DNA of 64,000 nucleotides from Octopus vulgaris (lineage: Eukaryota): NCBI GenBank assembly GCA_951406725.2, contig OX597816.1:110484001-110548000 (forward strand), given 5' to 3'. This document shows, piece after piece, positions 14,514 through 25,932 of this stretch (position 1 is the stretch's first letter; each line of letters starts with the position of its first letter). The notes under the pieces are model-generated. The model was not told where the DNA came from. It searched no databases and was given only the letters and a program-made list of their open reading frames with translations. The translations under genes were made by a program, and so were the position numbers.

Positions 14514-14994
14514 CACGGCCCGACAAACGTAATATACACATGCACACACAGCTCTCTGACAAAAATAACATACAAATACACACGCATACACAAGTACACA
14601 CGCATACACATATAACCGTGCATACGCTCACATACACATGTACACACGCACCACCCTCACAAAGGTAATACACACATACTCACGCACAAACACGCATGCA
14701 TGCACTTAAACTCAAATTCACACCATTCTTTACTTATAAGTCACACATATAAAGGAACTCAGAACGTTTTATTATCAATCGTCAACTACATTGTCACCCG
14801 TGACGATCAGCCACCCACTTTCCTTTTACATCCGAAGAAGAATACTAGATGACAATGGCATTTAAGGGATATATCCTTAACATTTATCATTTCTGTATAA
14901 GAGGAAGATTTTATACAGAAAATTGGAACTCTATTTATAACTGCCAAACTCTAGCCAGGTGCAAAACCCTTATATGTGAGATCCGAGAACTCTA

Positions 14995-15370
14995 AATAGT
15001 CTATTACACATTCTATCTTCTTGTCAAAGACTCTATTACTTCATCGGGATATATTCTTGTAAACTAGTTTTCATCTTATCATTATAAAAAAATAATATTA
15101 CCTGATCTGAATGCTTTACTATAAAATACTTCTTGACTGATCACATAGGATACACATAATTTATTCTCTTGTCAAAGACTATATTTACTTAATGAAGAAA
15201 TATTCATGTAACCTAATTTTTTCTTATTATCATTATAAAAAAATATAACTTGATCTGAATGTTTTTATATAAACTATTTTTTACTCATCACAGATGATAC
15301 ACGAAGCATCAAGACTGTTCCTATCATTGTCAAAGTCTCTATCACTTGATTTTGTAAATTAATTTTTGAC
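14995..15370. repeat. Degenerate tandem repeat, ~2.5 copies of a ~150 bp unit
   Basis: TTGTCAAAG.CT.TAT.ACTT recurs at ~15021, ~15169 and ~15327, followed in the first two by TTATCATTATAAAAAA...TGATCTGAATG...TCACA..GATACAC. Confidence 0.75.
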
Positions 15371-15891
15371 ACTACACTTTACTTTTGAAAATCTTTTTAA
15401 ATAAGTGAAGCCGGTTAAGTTAATAAATACTTTTAAGAGACTCCTGCATTTTCCGATATTTCTCCTTATATATATATTTGTGTACCTGTGCATGTATATA
15501 TATATATATATATATATATATCAACACGAACTAGTCAAAATGTGAGTCTCTTTGATCAAAGGTGTATTTGATCTGGGCAGAAAGAAAAATGAGAATATCA
15601 ACGTGGGAATTTTGTAACTGAACAGATGTATTTGCCATACCCCCTATACATAATCAAGTTATGGCAATGGATACAGTATAATTCTAAGGAAAAATAAAAT
15701 GTTTAAAAGGAAATTGTATTTTAATTCTTAGTAAGTTATCACTAACCGAATAACAGGTATTGAATTTATTCGGAATTTTTTTTTAAAGCTACCCAGTCGT
15801 TCGAAGCGATTACATTATTTTCTGAATATATAATAGTAGCTCATTTGATGCAGTTACTACCTGCCAATATATAAAACGTCCACATTTTATA

Positions 15892-16721
15892 CGATATAGT
15901 TTCAAAAGGTTCTCTGACTAGTTATATTTAATAAAAATAACTTAGTTACCTAAGTTTTAAAATCATCTCCGAAATAGTCACCTTGTGCAAACATGTACCG
16001 GACCCTACGTTCCTGCCACTTTTGGAGTCTTCATTTTCTTAAGCGTGCCGAGAAACTTCTGCTGTTCGATCTCGATCTCGACATCATGTTAAAACGGCGA
16101 CCTTTGAGCTGCCTTTTCATCTTGGGGAAGAGATGGAAGTCTGCAGGTACTACAACTGGCGAATCGGGCGGATACGGATGCCATGTTGATGTTGGCGATA
16201 AACTCATGAGTGAGGAGAGCTCGTTCATAGGGTGCATGGTCATCGTCAAGAATCCAATTCGTCGCACTCCACAGATCCGTTTGCACCGAATATCCTCCCT
16301 CAAACGTTTCAAAACGTCACGGTAAAATTATTGATTGATTTTCTGGCACGGGCGACGAATTGCCGATGCACAATACCGCGGCTGTCGAAGAAAACGATGA
16401 CTAGGTACTTCATTGAGCTGAAGCTCTCTCGTGGAGATGAATGGCTCCTCCATTGTGACGACTGCTGTTTTACCCGTAGACGTATTCCCAAGTTTAACGC
16501 AAAGTTTCTCGTTGGCTCTTTGTTTCAACTTGCTGTCGAAGGCTACAGGATAAATGTGATTACAAAAACACAAATTTCACAACTTCTGAAGTAAACACAA
16601 TGCTGTCGCTTGTTACACTGCCACATGAGGGGTTCTGCTAGCTCTTATCCCACATACACTGTGTGCTGCTATCTGTTGGCAGACTACAGAACTAGTCTGG
16701 GGACGTTTTGATAACATTTTG
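15892..16721 (-). mobile_element. Internally deleted mariner (Tc1/mariner) element
   Basis: Imperfect TIRs (TA-CGATATAGTTTCAAAAGGTTCTCTGACTAGT / ACTAGTCTGGGGACGTTTTGATAACATTTTG-TA). Transposase remnants KQQSSQWRS, VFFDSRGIVH, DDDHAP, PDSPVVVPADFHLFPKMKRQLKGRRF. Confidence 0.85.
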
Positions 16722-17097
16722 TACAATAAAATGAAATGAAATATCTAGATTGAATTGCAGTCTAATCTGGGTCAGTATATGTATGAATACAATAGATGTA
16801 AATCATGGAGGTTTCTATATTTTCTGCTCTTAAATATTCTTGAGAATGTATAGCATCTGATAATAAATATCGTTTCGATTTCAATTTATGTGTTCTTAAT
16901 ATATAATATTCAATTTGTCCTCTGCTCTTAGATTACTTTCGGGTCTAATCTTTATTCAATCAAATCATAAATTATTTAAGCAAATATTTTTTTAGCAGCT
17001 AGTTACTACACACGTCTAAGATATCAGGTTGTAGAATGAACAATTATTTTAACTAATATTTTTGTATGCAAAAATATATAGACACTTTATGGGGAAT

Positions 17098-17298
17098 ATT
17101 GGCTTCAAATTTTAGTACAAAGCCAGAAATTTCTGGGATTACATCGGTCCCAGTTCTCAACTGGTACTTATTTTCTTGACCCAGAAATGATGAAAGAAAA
17201 ACTCGACCTCGGTGGAATTTCAACTCAGAACATAAAGTCGGACGAAATATCGCTAAGTATTTTGCCCGATGTGTTAACGATTCTGCCAGTTCACCGCC
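17098..17298 (-). mobile_element. SINE (GGCGGTGAACTGGCAGAATCGTTA.. family)
   Basis: Reverse complement matches the copies at 31405 and 51000: GTTCTGAGTT.AAATTCCACCGAGGTCGA...AAGTACCA.TT..G.ACTGGG. Confidence 0.85.
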
Positions 17299-18242
17299 TT
17301 TAAATAATAAGAAATATTCCAAAGAAGTTTGATTATAAGTGATGAAAAATTGTCTAGTAAACAAAAAATTAGAGAAGACTAATTTGAAGGGAAAGAATAG
17401 CAATCACTGAAATAGATATGAAATAGGGAAAATATCCGGCATCGTCACAGTTTATATTTCGACTGATATCTTAAAAGTATACGTCATGAATTAAACATTT
17501 GCAAATGTTTTATCCAGCGATCGTTCTGTTGCTGATTGTCTTCTATTAAGGCAGTTACGCATGTTTCTTCTTAAATTATTATTCGGTATCTATATTGTGA
17601 CCATTTTCGCTATTCCCATCTTTTCTATCATTGACTCGTTCATTCTTTTATAATCACCACCATTGATGATATATTTACTCCCAATTTTATATTTTTAAGT
17701 TTTTTTTTTGCATCATACAGTGTTTTGCACAAGGACAATCTATACAGACAATACGATATTTTTGCCTCAAAGTAATGTCCAATAAATGACATTTATATAT
17801 TCCAAAAATGAGATAACAAACCCAGATTAGTGTTAAGTGGAGATTTATTTAAGAATGAAATATAAAATATCACTCATTATTTCAGTCTTGAGTACTCATT
17901 TTTTCCTTTTAATTCTCAAATGTTCAATTCACACTCACTCACACACACATACACAGACACACATATACACACACACTCACACATAAGTACACATACAGCA
18001 CATGCACTTTCGTAGAACTACACACAAACGTACACATAAATACACAAATGAAAGCGCACACTCTCACACATAAACACTCAAACACATACACATACATGCG
18101 TATATATAACAACATATGTATATATACATATGTTACATATATATATATATATACATGCGTATACACACACACATATATATATATACATGAATACATACAC
18201 ATACGCATGTATATATATATATATATATATATATACATACGC

Positions 18243-18273
<31 letters not shown>

Positions 18274-20589
18274 TGCGTATGTGTATGTAGTCATGCATAC
18301 ATATACATATATATATAGTTTATTTCATGCAAAAATACTTGAAATAGATCCTCAAAGATACTACCATGGATGATGTAAACATTTTCTAGTGAAACATACA
18401 CAAATTGAAATATAGTGAACCTTTGCCCTTGGATAAACGTGTCAAAAACGTTTGAAACATATCTCCATGCAAGCAATAATTATTTACTTTGAAGAATATT
18501 ATTAAATTACATCGAAAGAGTTCAAACGATTCCAATTGAATACTTGCATTTTTGTTTGTACATAACACTTACATTCTAGCTAATGTGAATTGAAGTAGGA
18601 AGATATAATAATGATGGAGCTCACAATGGAGCTGACAGTCATTGATGTGGTGCAGTTGGACGTGATCTTGCAGCTGTTTGAATTGATGGTGCTGGTGTAG
18701 TTGCTTGTGATATTTGTACGGGAAGAAAGGGAAAGGCATTAAATATCAATTAAGTACCAATGTATGTTACTATCATATATTGAACTAGATAAATCCAATA
18801 TGCATTTTAACTAAGGTTTCCAACTGAGCTACTACTATCCTCAACACCGATACCAACAATAAAAATTATTACTTTTATAGTCGTTCTCATATTCTCGAGA
18901 AATATGAATATCAGCCAATTGCATTTCTATCATATACAAAGCAAAAACACCACAAGAAACTACAAAAGTAAATTATAAATGCAACAGAATCTATACTGCT
19001 CGCTCTATCGATCAATATCAGTATCAAATGCTAATCGCTAACGCTACTGTGAATATTACCATCACGTCACCAAGGTGGGCATCAACAAACGAAGGAGAAC
19101 AGTATCATCAACCTCGTGATATTCATCAGCGGCGAAAATATTTCTGCTATTCGTTCAAAGAAATCTAGTCATGTTTATTTGGATGATTACGGGCCGAGAA
19201 CAACAAAGTTTCCATCCGGTCGCCGGAAGATCAATGCAATCTCGATGACCAAGGTTTTTATGAATCTGCAGCCCCAGTCTACTATTAAGTTTGAACCGAG
19301 TAAGTGATACGCAGACTTCAACGTCACCAAAGATGGGACGCGTACGAACGTGCATGTACTGGAATTCACAGTCTACCTATCATATCGAAATCTACATACG
19401 CATGTTCATTAATAATCGACAGACACTGCAGATTGTATATACGCAAAGACTTTGAAGAATAATGTAGAGAAAAATAATGGTTACTTACACAATTGGGAGT
19501 CTAGAACACGAGGTGACTCTCTCTTTCAAAACTCTTGACAGTCCTTTGGGAAATTCCCTAAGAAATTACTGCTGGTTCTTGAACTAGGCCTTCCTATCAG
19601 TCACATCTTGACATTTTGTCCTCAACGTCCACATGCAATTCCAATTGGGTTGGTGGATAAGTTTTAGCATGTATTCCACAATTTCTGTATTGATGTAAGA
19701 CCCCAAAGCGAAATTCCTTTTCATATAGTTTTGCGTCTCTCCAAGAAACACGGCCAGCAACCACTATTTATCCAAACCACGTGGAAAAACCCTCTTTCGT
19801 AAAAGAACATATGTTGTGGAGGATTTCTGCGCGCATACTTCGAATCTGAAGAGGAAGTCCATAATCCCAAAATTCTATGTCCCACGCTCTATATTAACTC
19901 CTAATTTAGGTATCTCTTACTGGTTCTGGATGTCGTGCTTTTCCCAACATACGGTGATACAGCACCATTGTATTCGATGTTGCCGCCAAAACATTGGATG
20001 TTGTGGTAAATTAGGATGTCAATACATTAACATTTACATGTTATTCTGCCTGCGCCATGCGTGCCTCCTTATTTAGCGAGAGCAAAAATATGTGTTGATT
20101 TATGATGTAAGTTCAACAAAAGATTATTTGCTGTAGAGTGAAACCCACCATTTACATGCTGTTTCTTTGTGGCCAGTGTTCTTGTTTCTGCTGTCAATAT
20201 CGGTATTGGTACTGTCGCTGCGCACGTATTTTGTCGTTTCTACGGTCGTCTTTTTAATGATTTTGTTATTGTTGCTCACACAGTTCCTGTAGTTGATCCT
20301 GGTGTCGAATTGTTACTTGTCTTCTCGTTGTCAGCACTTGGTGCTACTGTCGATACAAATGTCCATATTCTTGTTGTTGCTCTTTTTGTTAATGTTCTTC
20401 TCAATGCATCCTCTGCTTCTTGCAGCATTCTTTAGCCGTTGCAGTATTAATGCATCAGAAATGAAAAGTGTTCTCTATTATACACTATACAACGAAAATT
20501 CGTTGATGAAACCTCATAGCCTTTTATAGCAATACTACAGAAAACTAGAAAATATGTACATGAATATACACAATACATACATACACACA

Positions 20590-20623
<34 letters not shown>

Positions 20624-20630
20624 CATACAT

Positions 20631-20679
<49 letters not shown>

Positions 20680-20684
<5 letters not shown>

Positions 20685-20768
20685 AGAGTTTACGAAAAAA
20701 ACAAAAGACGAAGACAGGTGGTGTACCAAAAAAAACAGATGTATTAGTATAACGCTCAGGAATAGAAT
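20680..20768 (-). mobile_element. Fragment of HHR-associated family A repeat (ribozyme part missing)
   Basis: Reverse complement matches 56990-57070 (CTGAGCGTTATACT.ATACATCT....TACAC.ACCTGTCTTCGTC). Flanked by (TA)n. Confidence 0.75.
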
Positions 20769-21699
20769 ATATATATATATTGCGTATATGTATATGCTCA
20801 ATGTATTCTCAATAAAGATTAATATACCAGGAAGAATCAGTTGCAAGACTCAGATGAATTTATATATTATCCGTTATACAGATGCTTCACCGCAGCTATG
20901 GGAAGATGAAAATTAATTAAAAACATTGATACTATGCCAGATAAGAAAAACTGTATTAGATTTTTACACCGAATCACTCTTTAAAATGAAATGAATCATT
21001 GATCGAGAAACAATGCAAGACTTACACATGGGACGAAAGGAATGTTATGTAGATATTAGATTAAAGCTATACGTCACAAAAATAAATAGTATCTAAGGCA
21101 AACGCTTTTATGTGCAACGAACAGTAATTTTATAGTCAAGTAGTTTCTGAATAAAACTAAATGGACGAAGGTATGTCTGAACTACACTTAAAAAGTGTTG
21201 CCTAAAACCTACAAACGTTTTTAATAGTATTCACTAGAATGCATTTAGTGAAAGAGATTTAGAAGTAACTGCAAAAGAGGACCATCAAAAACTGAGTAAG
21301 GCAACTTATAATTGGGATGAGCAAAAGACCTATTTTCGTTTTCCAAACCAGAAAGTTGATGGCAAAAGGGAAAAGAAAATATAGGTAGTTTTCATCATAA
21401 GTCTAATCCACAATATAAATATGCAACGCTACTTTGCCATAGGGTACAGTAATACAACACAGCTTTGCTAAAGTAACTGAGTGAAAAATTTTACTTTACG
21501 AGGAGTAAGCAGAAAATTCCCTCCTCAACCCCGCCGAATGGAATAGAAAATCTTAACAATTTGCAGCGAAGATAAGACAAAATTAAAGGCCCCCGAATAT
21601 TAGCCAAAAACGAATACATTAACTGGTATAAGACTGGTGTAGTTTTCATAGTCTTTGTGACAGATCAACGTTATGGCATAATTTAAGGGATATTTAGCG

Positions 21700-22950
21700 C
21701 AAATACACTCAAGAGAAAACAATAGAACCATTAAGAGCAGGAATATGTCACCACATGCAGATAAATATCAAAGAAAAATGGGCATGATTTGTGTAGATCA
21801 GTCAGGACAGTTAGTTTCCCGTAACCAGAATATGAAGCAAACAAATGAAAATTTATCCCTAAAAAATTTATCAATATAATCATCATATCAATTGGACATA
21901 CATTATAAATTTTTGCGAGTTGATGATAATACTTCATAATTATCTGCTTCATAGCTGTAAAGTTGGTAAGTATGAAATACCTTTTACATCCACATGTAGA
22001 AGTAAAATGTACAACACCAAGCAGGCACAATGAAGGTGACAAAAGGAAGAGTTAAAAATGTTTTCACTTAACAGCAGCAAAACACGAAGAAACTGGCGTA
22101 TATTTCACTCACATATTTACACGCACTAAATATGGTTTTAATCTTGAACCAGAAGCAAAATTCTTCAATAGAGAAAAACAAAATCCATAAACATTTAGAT
22201 ATGGAAATACACACATCTGAAAATAGAGATAAACAGAACGTGATTGAAAATAGAATAAAATGTGCAATATAAATAATGAAAAATACTGAAAATATGGAAA
22301 TAATGAAAAAAAGAAAGTGAACCCATTGCAAAATCAAACTGTTCTTCCCCCAAAAATACAAATATATCTGTTTTAAATAAAAGTAAGATTATATAAGGAA
22401 TTTGATTCAAATGGTACTCCCAAAGCCATATAGAAATACGTAAATATTTTATAGCATAATACATCCAAGATCTTACATATTTGTTAGATATCTGCAAATG
22501 AAAGAATAGAAAGAGATTAGAAAAGCACTATTAAGAAGAATGCAAAGTAGAAGATGAGCAATAGACATTGAAAAACAAGAATGAAAATATTTTTAAAATT
22601 CTCTGTTACACTGTCTGATCAAAACTTACCATAAACAGATTTGGGGGATTGGAAAAGTTCATGTGTCGACGAACTCCAAATAGTTTGGTCGATGTCTTCT
22701 GTACTGGTCCATTTCACTGCAACCAAGTAAGTTCATCTTACATACATACTTAAAAGCACAAAACGAAAAACAAACTTCCATCGGTTTCGATCGACTGTAT
22801 GAGGTTTTTCAATACGGGCATATACGAGATTACTAAAAGAATACTGGACCGAACGAGTTTGACGAGAGAATATGGAATTCACTAGAAGAAAAGAGATCCG
22901 CTGAAATTCCGTACAATTGTGTCAAAAGAACCTAATTATGGTATCTAAAC
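21700..22950 (+). mobile_element. Possible very old CR1/L2-like RT remnant
   Basis: Only faint motif traces (SNGTPK at ~22407; ELQIV..DVFC at ~22671; WNSLEEKR at ~22873) in A-rich, strand-biased sequence. Confidence 0.3.
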
Positions 22951-23133
22951 GTACAGGAATATTTATTGAATATATGAGGAGGACATAATTTGTTATTGCT
23001 TTATAATAGTAACTTCACCAATATATAACTTGAGTGCGCGTCTGAGAGTACGCGTGTTTGCATGGATGTATAGAACTTCCACATCCTCGCATGGCCACAT
23101 GCACATATATGTATGTACACACACATACACATA

Positions 23134-23177
<44 letters not shown>

Positions 23178-23374
23178 ATTTCAACAATTGAGGGTAAAAT
23201 TAATTAATTATTAATTAATTTCACCAAGTGTTCAGTATGCAAAGGGACCATTTAAGGCGAATTCAAATTATTACAATATATAAAAGGGCTTAGTAAAATA
23301 AATTACTTTGCCGCATACTGAACTCATTAGAAATAGCAGCTAAAAAACTTTTCAAATCCAAACCAAGGAGTTTC

Positions 23375-23426
23375 TGAGCTGATGATAGAAGTGTCTTGAT
23401 GACTAATCTTGAAACGTACGTTCTCA
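23375..23426 (+). ncRNA. Minimal type I hammerhead ribozyme motif (copy 1)
   Basis: UGAG-CUGAUGA-U-AGA..GUC/GAC..UCU-U-GAAAC-GUAC-GUU-CUCA: stem I UGAG/CUCA, intact core, palindromic stem III AACGUACGUU, cleavage triplet GUU. Confidence 0.7.
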
Positions 23427-23934
23427 AATAACCTTTGCATTTGATTTTTTTATGTCTTTACCCCCAAACTTTCGTGAGTTGAGTTGACCAAACACTATAC
23501 GAGAGAGATTTTCTTTAAGTATTAGAAATGGTTTTTAAAAAGTTTTTTAGCTGCTATTTCTAATGAGTTCAGTATGCGGCAAAGTAATTTATTTTACTAA
23601 GCCCTTTTATATATTGTAAAAATTTGAATTCGCCTTAAATGGTCCCTTTGCATACTGAACACTTGGTGAAATTAATTAATAATTAATTAATTTTACCCTC
23701 AATTGTTGAAATTATAATTAATCTCCCTCTAATTAATGCTTCGGATTTTAACGAAATAAGCAGAGTGTTTGTTGATTTTAACCCACGCTGGTGGAAAGGG
23801 GAGGGCAGAAATTCTTCGCTTGCATGTTTGAGTTTGTTGGCACTGTTAGTTACGAGCAGATCTTCGAAGGCGATGAGAGGCCGAAAGAGTATGCTCTCAC
23901 TTTCAGTGTTTTCAAATCCAAACCAAGGAGTTTC

Positions 23935-23986
23935 TGAGCTGATGATAGAAGTGTCTTGATGACTAATCTTGAAACGTACGTTCTCA
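23935..23986 (+). ncRNA. Minimal type I hammerhead ribozyme motif (copy 2, identical)
   Basis: Same sequence as 23375-23426, 560 bp downstream. Confidence 0.7.
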
Positions 23987-24170
23987 AATAACCTTTGCAT
24001 TCGATTTTTTTATGTCTTTACCCCCAAACTTTCGTGAGTTGGGTTGACCAAACACTATACGACAGAGATTTTCTTTAAGTATTAGAAATGGTTTTTAAAA
24101 AAGTTTTTTAGCTGCTATTTCTAATGAGTTCAGTATGCGGCAAAGTAATTTATTTTACTAAGCCCTTTTA

Positions 24171-24204
<34 letters not shown>

Positions 24205-24208
<4 letters not shown>

Positions 24209-24247
24209 ATGTATATATATCTATATTTATCAATCTATCTATTTATC

Positions 24248-24291
<44 letters not shown>

Positions 24292-24332
24292 TCATCTATC
24301 TATCTATCAATATATATATATATATATATATA
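24205..24332. repeat. (TCTA)n/(TA)n microsatellite
   Basis: Directly visible. Confidence 0.95.
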
Positions 24333-24544
24333 GAAGCATTACATTTCTAAATATCTCAGAGAGGTATAAGCAGTATGATTATATAAAGAATTCGAGGTGG
24401 AGGTGTTTGTCTCCCCTTTGGAAACATAAGGACACAGGAAATGTGTCAAGGCCGACAGGAAGCGTTGATGCTTCCTAGCGCTAATTAGCAGTGGTGTGAT
24501 TCCCTTCATGGGACTGTCACATTACGTTGACAGTATACAACTAC

Positions 24545-25741
24545 TCTATCGTACCACTACTGCCAAGAACAGAGAGAGACCGTGGACTTTTACAACTGGC
24601 ATTAACAATGAAGGTTGCCACAATTGGCCTAGGCATCTACGTGAAAAACTACGAGGACTGGATGTTAAAACTTGTTTCAAAAGATGAAAACAAGAAATCA
24701 TCATACTCAGTAACGAAACAAGCAAGGGAATATCTAAGTTAATTCCAAATGCAACAAATTCTGGAATTAGACATACAAAAAACAAGCGCAGAAAAAGCAA
24801 AGCGCATGAAAACCCGTGCTAAAAGTGCTGCCTTAGATATTCTGACTGATAAATGGCAAGAGAAACCTCTCACTGGCAAATATCCAAAGAGAATAATGCC
24901 GATGTTGAGAAAGCCATGACACATCAATGGCTAATAGCCTCTGGCTTAAAAGCTGAAACAGAAGGGTTTATCATCGAAGCTCAAGATCAATGCCTACCTA
25001 CAAGGGACTACCAGGCCAACATATTAAAGAGCGGCAGCTCCCCAATATGTTGTGTGTTTCAACAAAATGAGACCATCGATCATGTTGTCTCCATGTAGAG
25101 TTTTCTTACGGCTACAGAGTATCTCAACAGGCATGATAGAGCTGCACAATATATTCACTGGGTGATTTGCAAAAGCCTGGAGTTTCCCCATGACAAAAAC
25201 CGGTGGGAACACAAATCACCTCCAGTGCTTGAAAAGGATAATTTCTTATTCCTCTGGAATTTCACCATTCAAACTGACAGAAAGATAGATGCGAATAGGC
25301 CAGAAAGACTTCAGACAAAAATCATGCCTCTTCATGGACATGACTGTCCCAATCGATATAAACGTATCTGTCAAGACCTACAAAAAACTGAGCAAATATA
25401 AAGATCTTGAAATAGGTGTCCTGGGAATGATAGCAAAAGGGGTTGATTGATACCGAACTCAGATACCAGGAAGCCCCAAAATGGCAGAAATTCAAAAGAT
25501 AGTGCTCATGGGAACTGCTCATATCCTACGCAAAATACTTTGTATGTGATCTCAAGTTTTAAAACAAACATAATTTTTTTACGGTTTCTTAAACATTCTC
25601 TAGAACAACACTATGTACAAAACCAAATATATGGAACCCAGGGCATAATACCAACACGAACTTCCAACTTGTTGTCTCTTGAGGTCTCTGGGTGAGACTT
25701 GGAGCCAACTTATACAAATGAAAAGCAAAAGTCAAACATAA

Positions 25742-25742
<1 letters not shown>
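24545..25742 (+). mobile_element. 5'-truncated copy of the same R4/Dong-like family as 4715-8192
   Basis: Collinear with ~6905-8167 (RGLLQLALTMKVATIGL, WLIASGLKAETEGFI, NETIDHVVS, DANRP) and the same 3'UTR (GTCTCTTGAGGTCTCTGGGTGAGACTTGGAGCCAAC). Small deletions; (AAT)n tail from 25743. Confidence 0.92.
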
Positions 25743-25823
<81 letters not shown>

Positions 25824-25869
25824 CACTCGGCGAGAAACGTGAGAAAATTTGAAGAAAGAATGAAAAAAC

Positions 25870-25930
<61 letters not shown>
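25743..25930. repeat. Two (AAT)n tracts separated by ~50 bp of unique sequence
   Basis: Directly visible. Confidence 0.95.

Positions 25931-25932
<2 letters not shown>

Larger units (their letters stand above)
23174..24172. mobile_element. Penelope-pLTR/retrozyme-like non-coding element (family B): 179-bp inverted repeat plus 560-bp-period direct repeat, within (TA)n
   Basis: 23174-23352 is the reverse complement of 23538-23716 (one mismatch seen). 23349-~23612 is repeated at 23909-~24172. Both ends abut (TA)n. Confidence 0.85.

Noticed and set aside
23683-24000. 105-aa and 64-aa ORFs within the family B unit
   Set aside because: No RT or GIY-YIG motifs, non-ATG starts and no recognisable domain; treated as non-coding.
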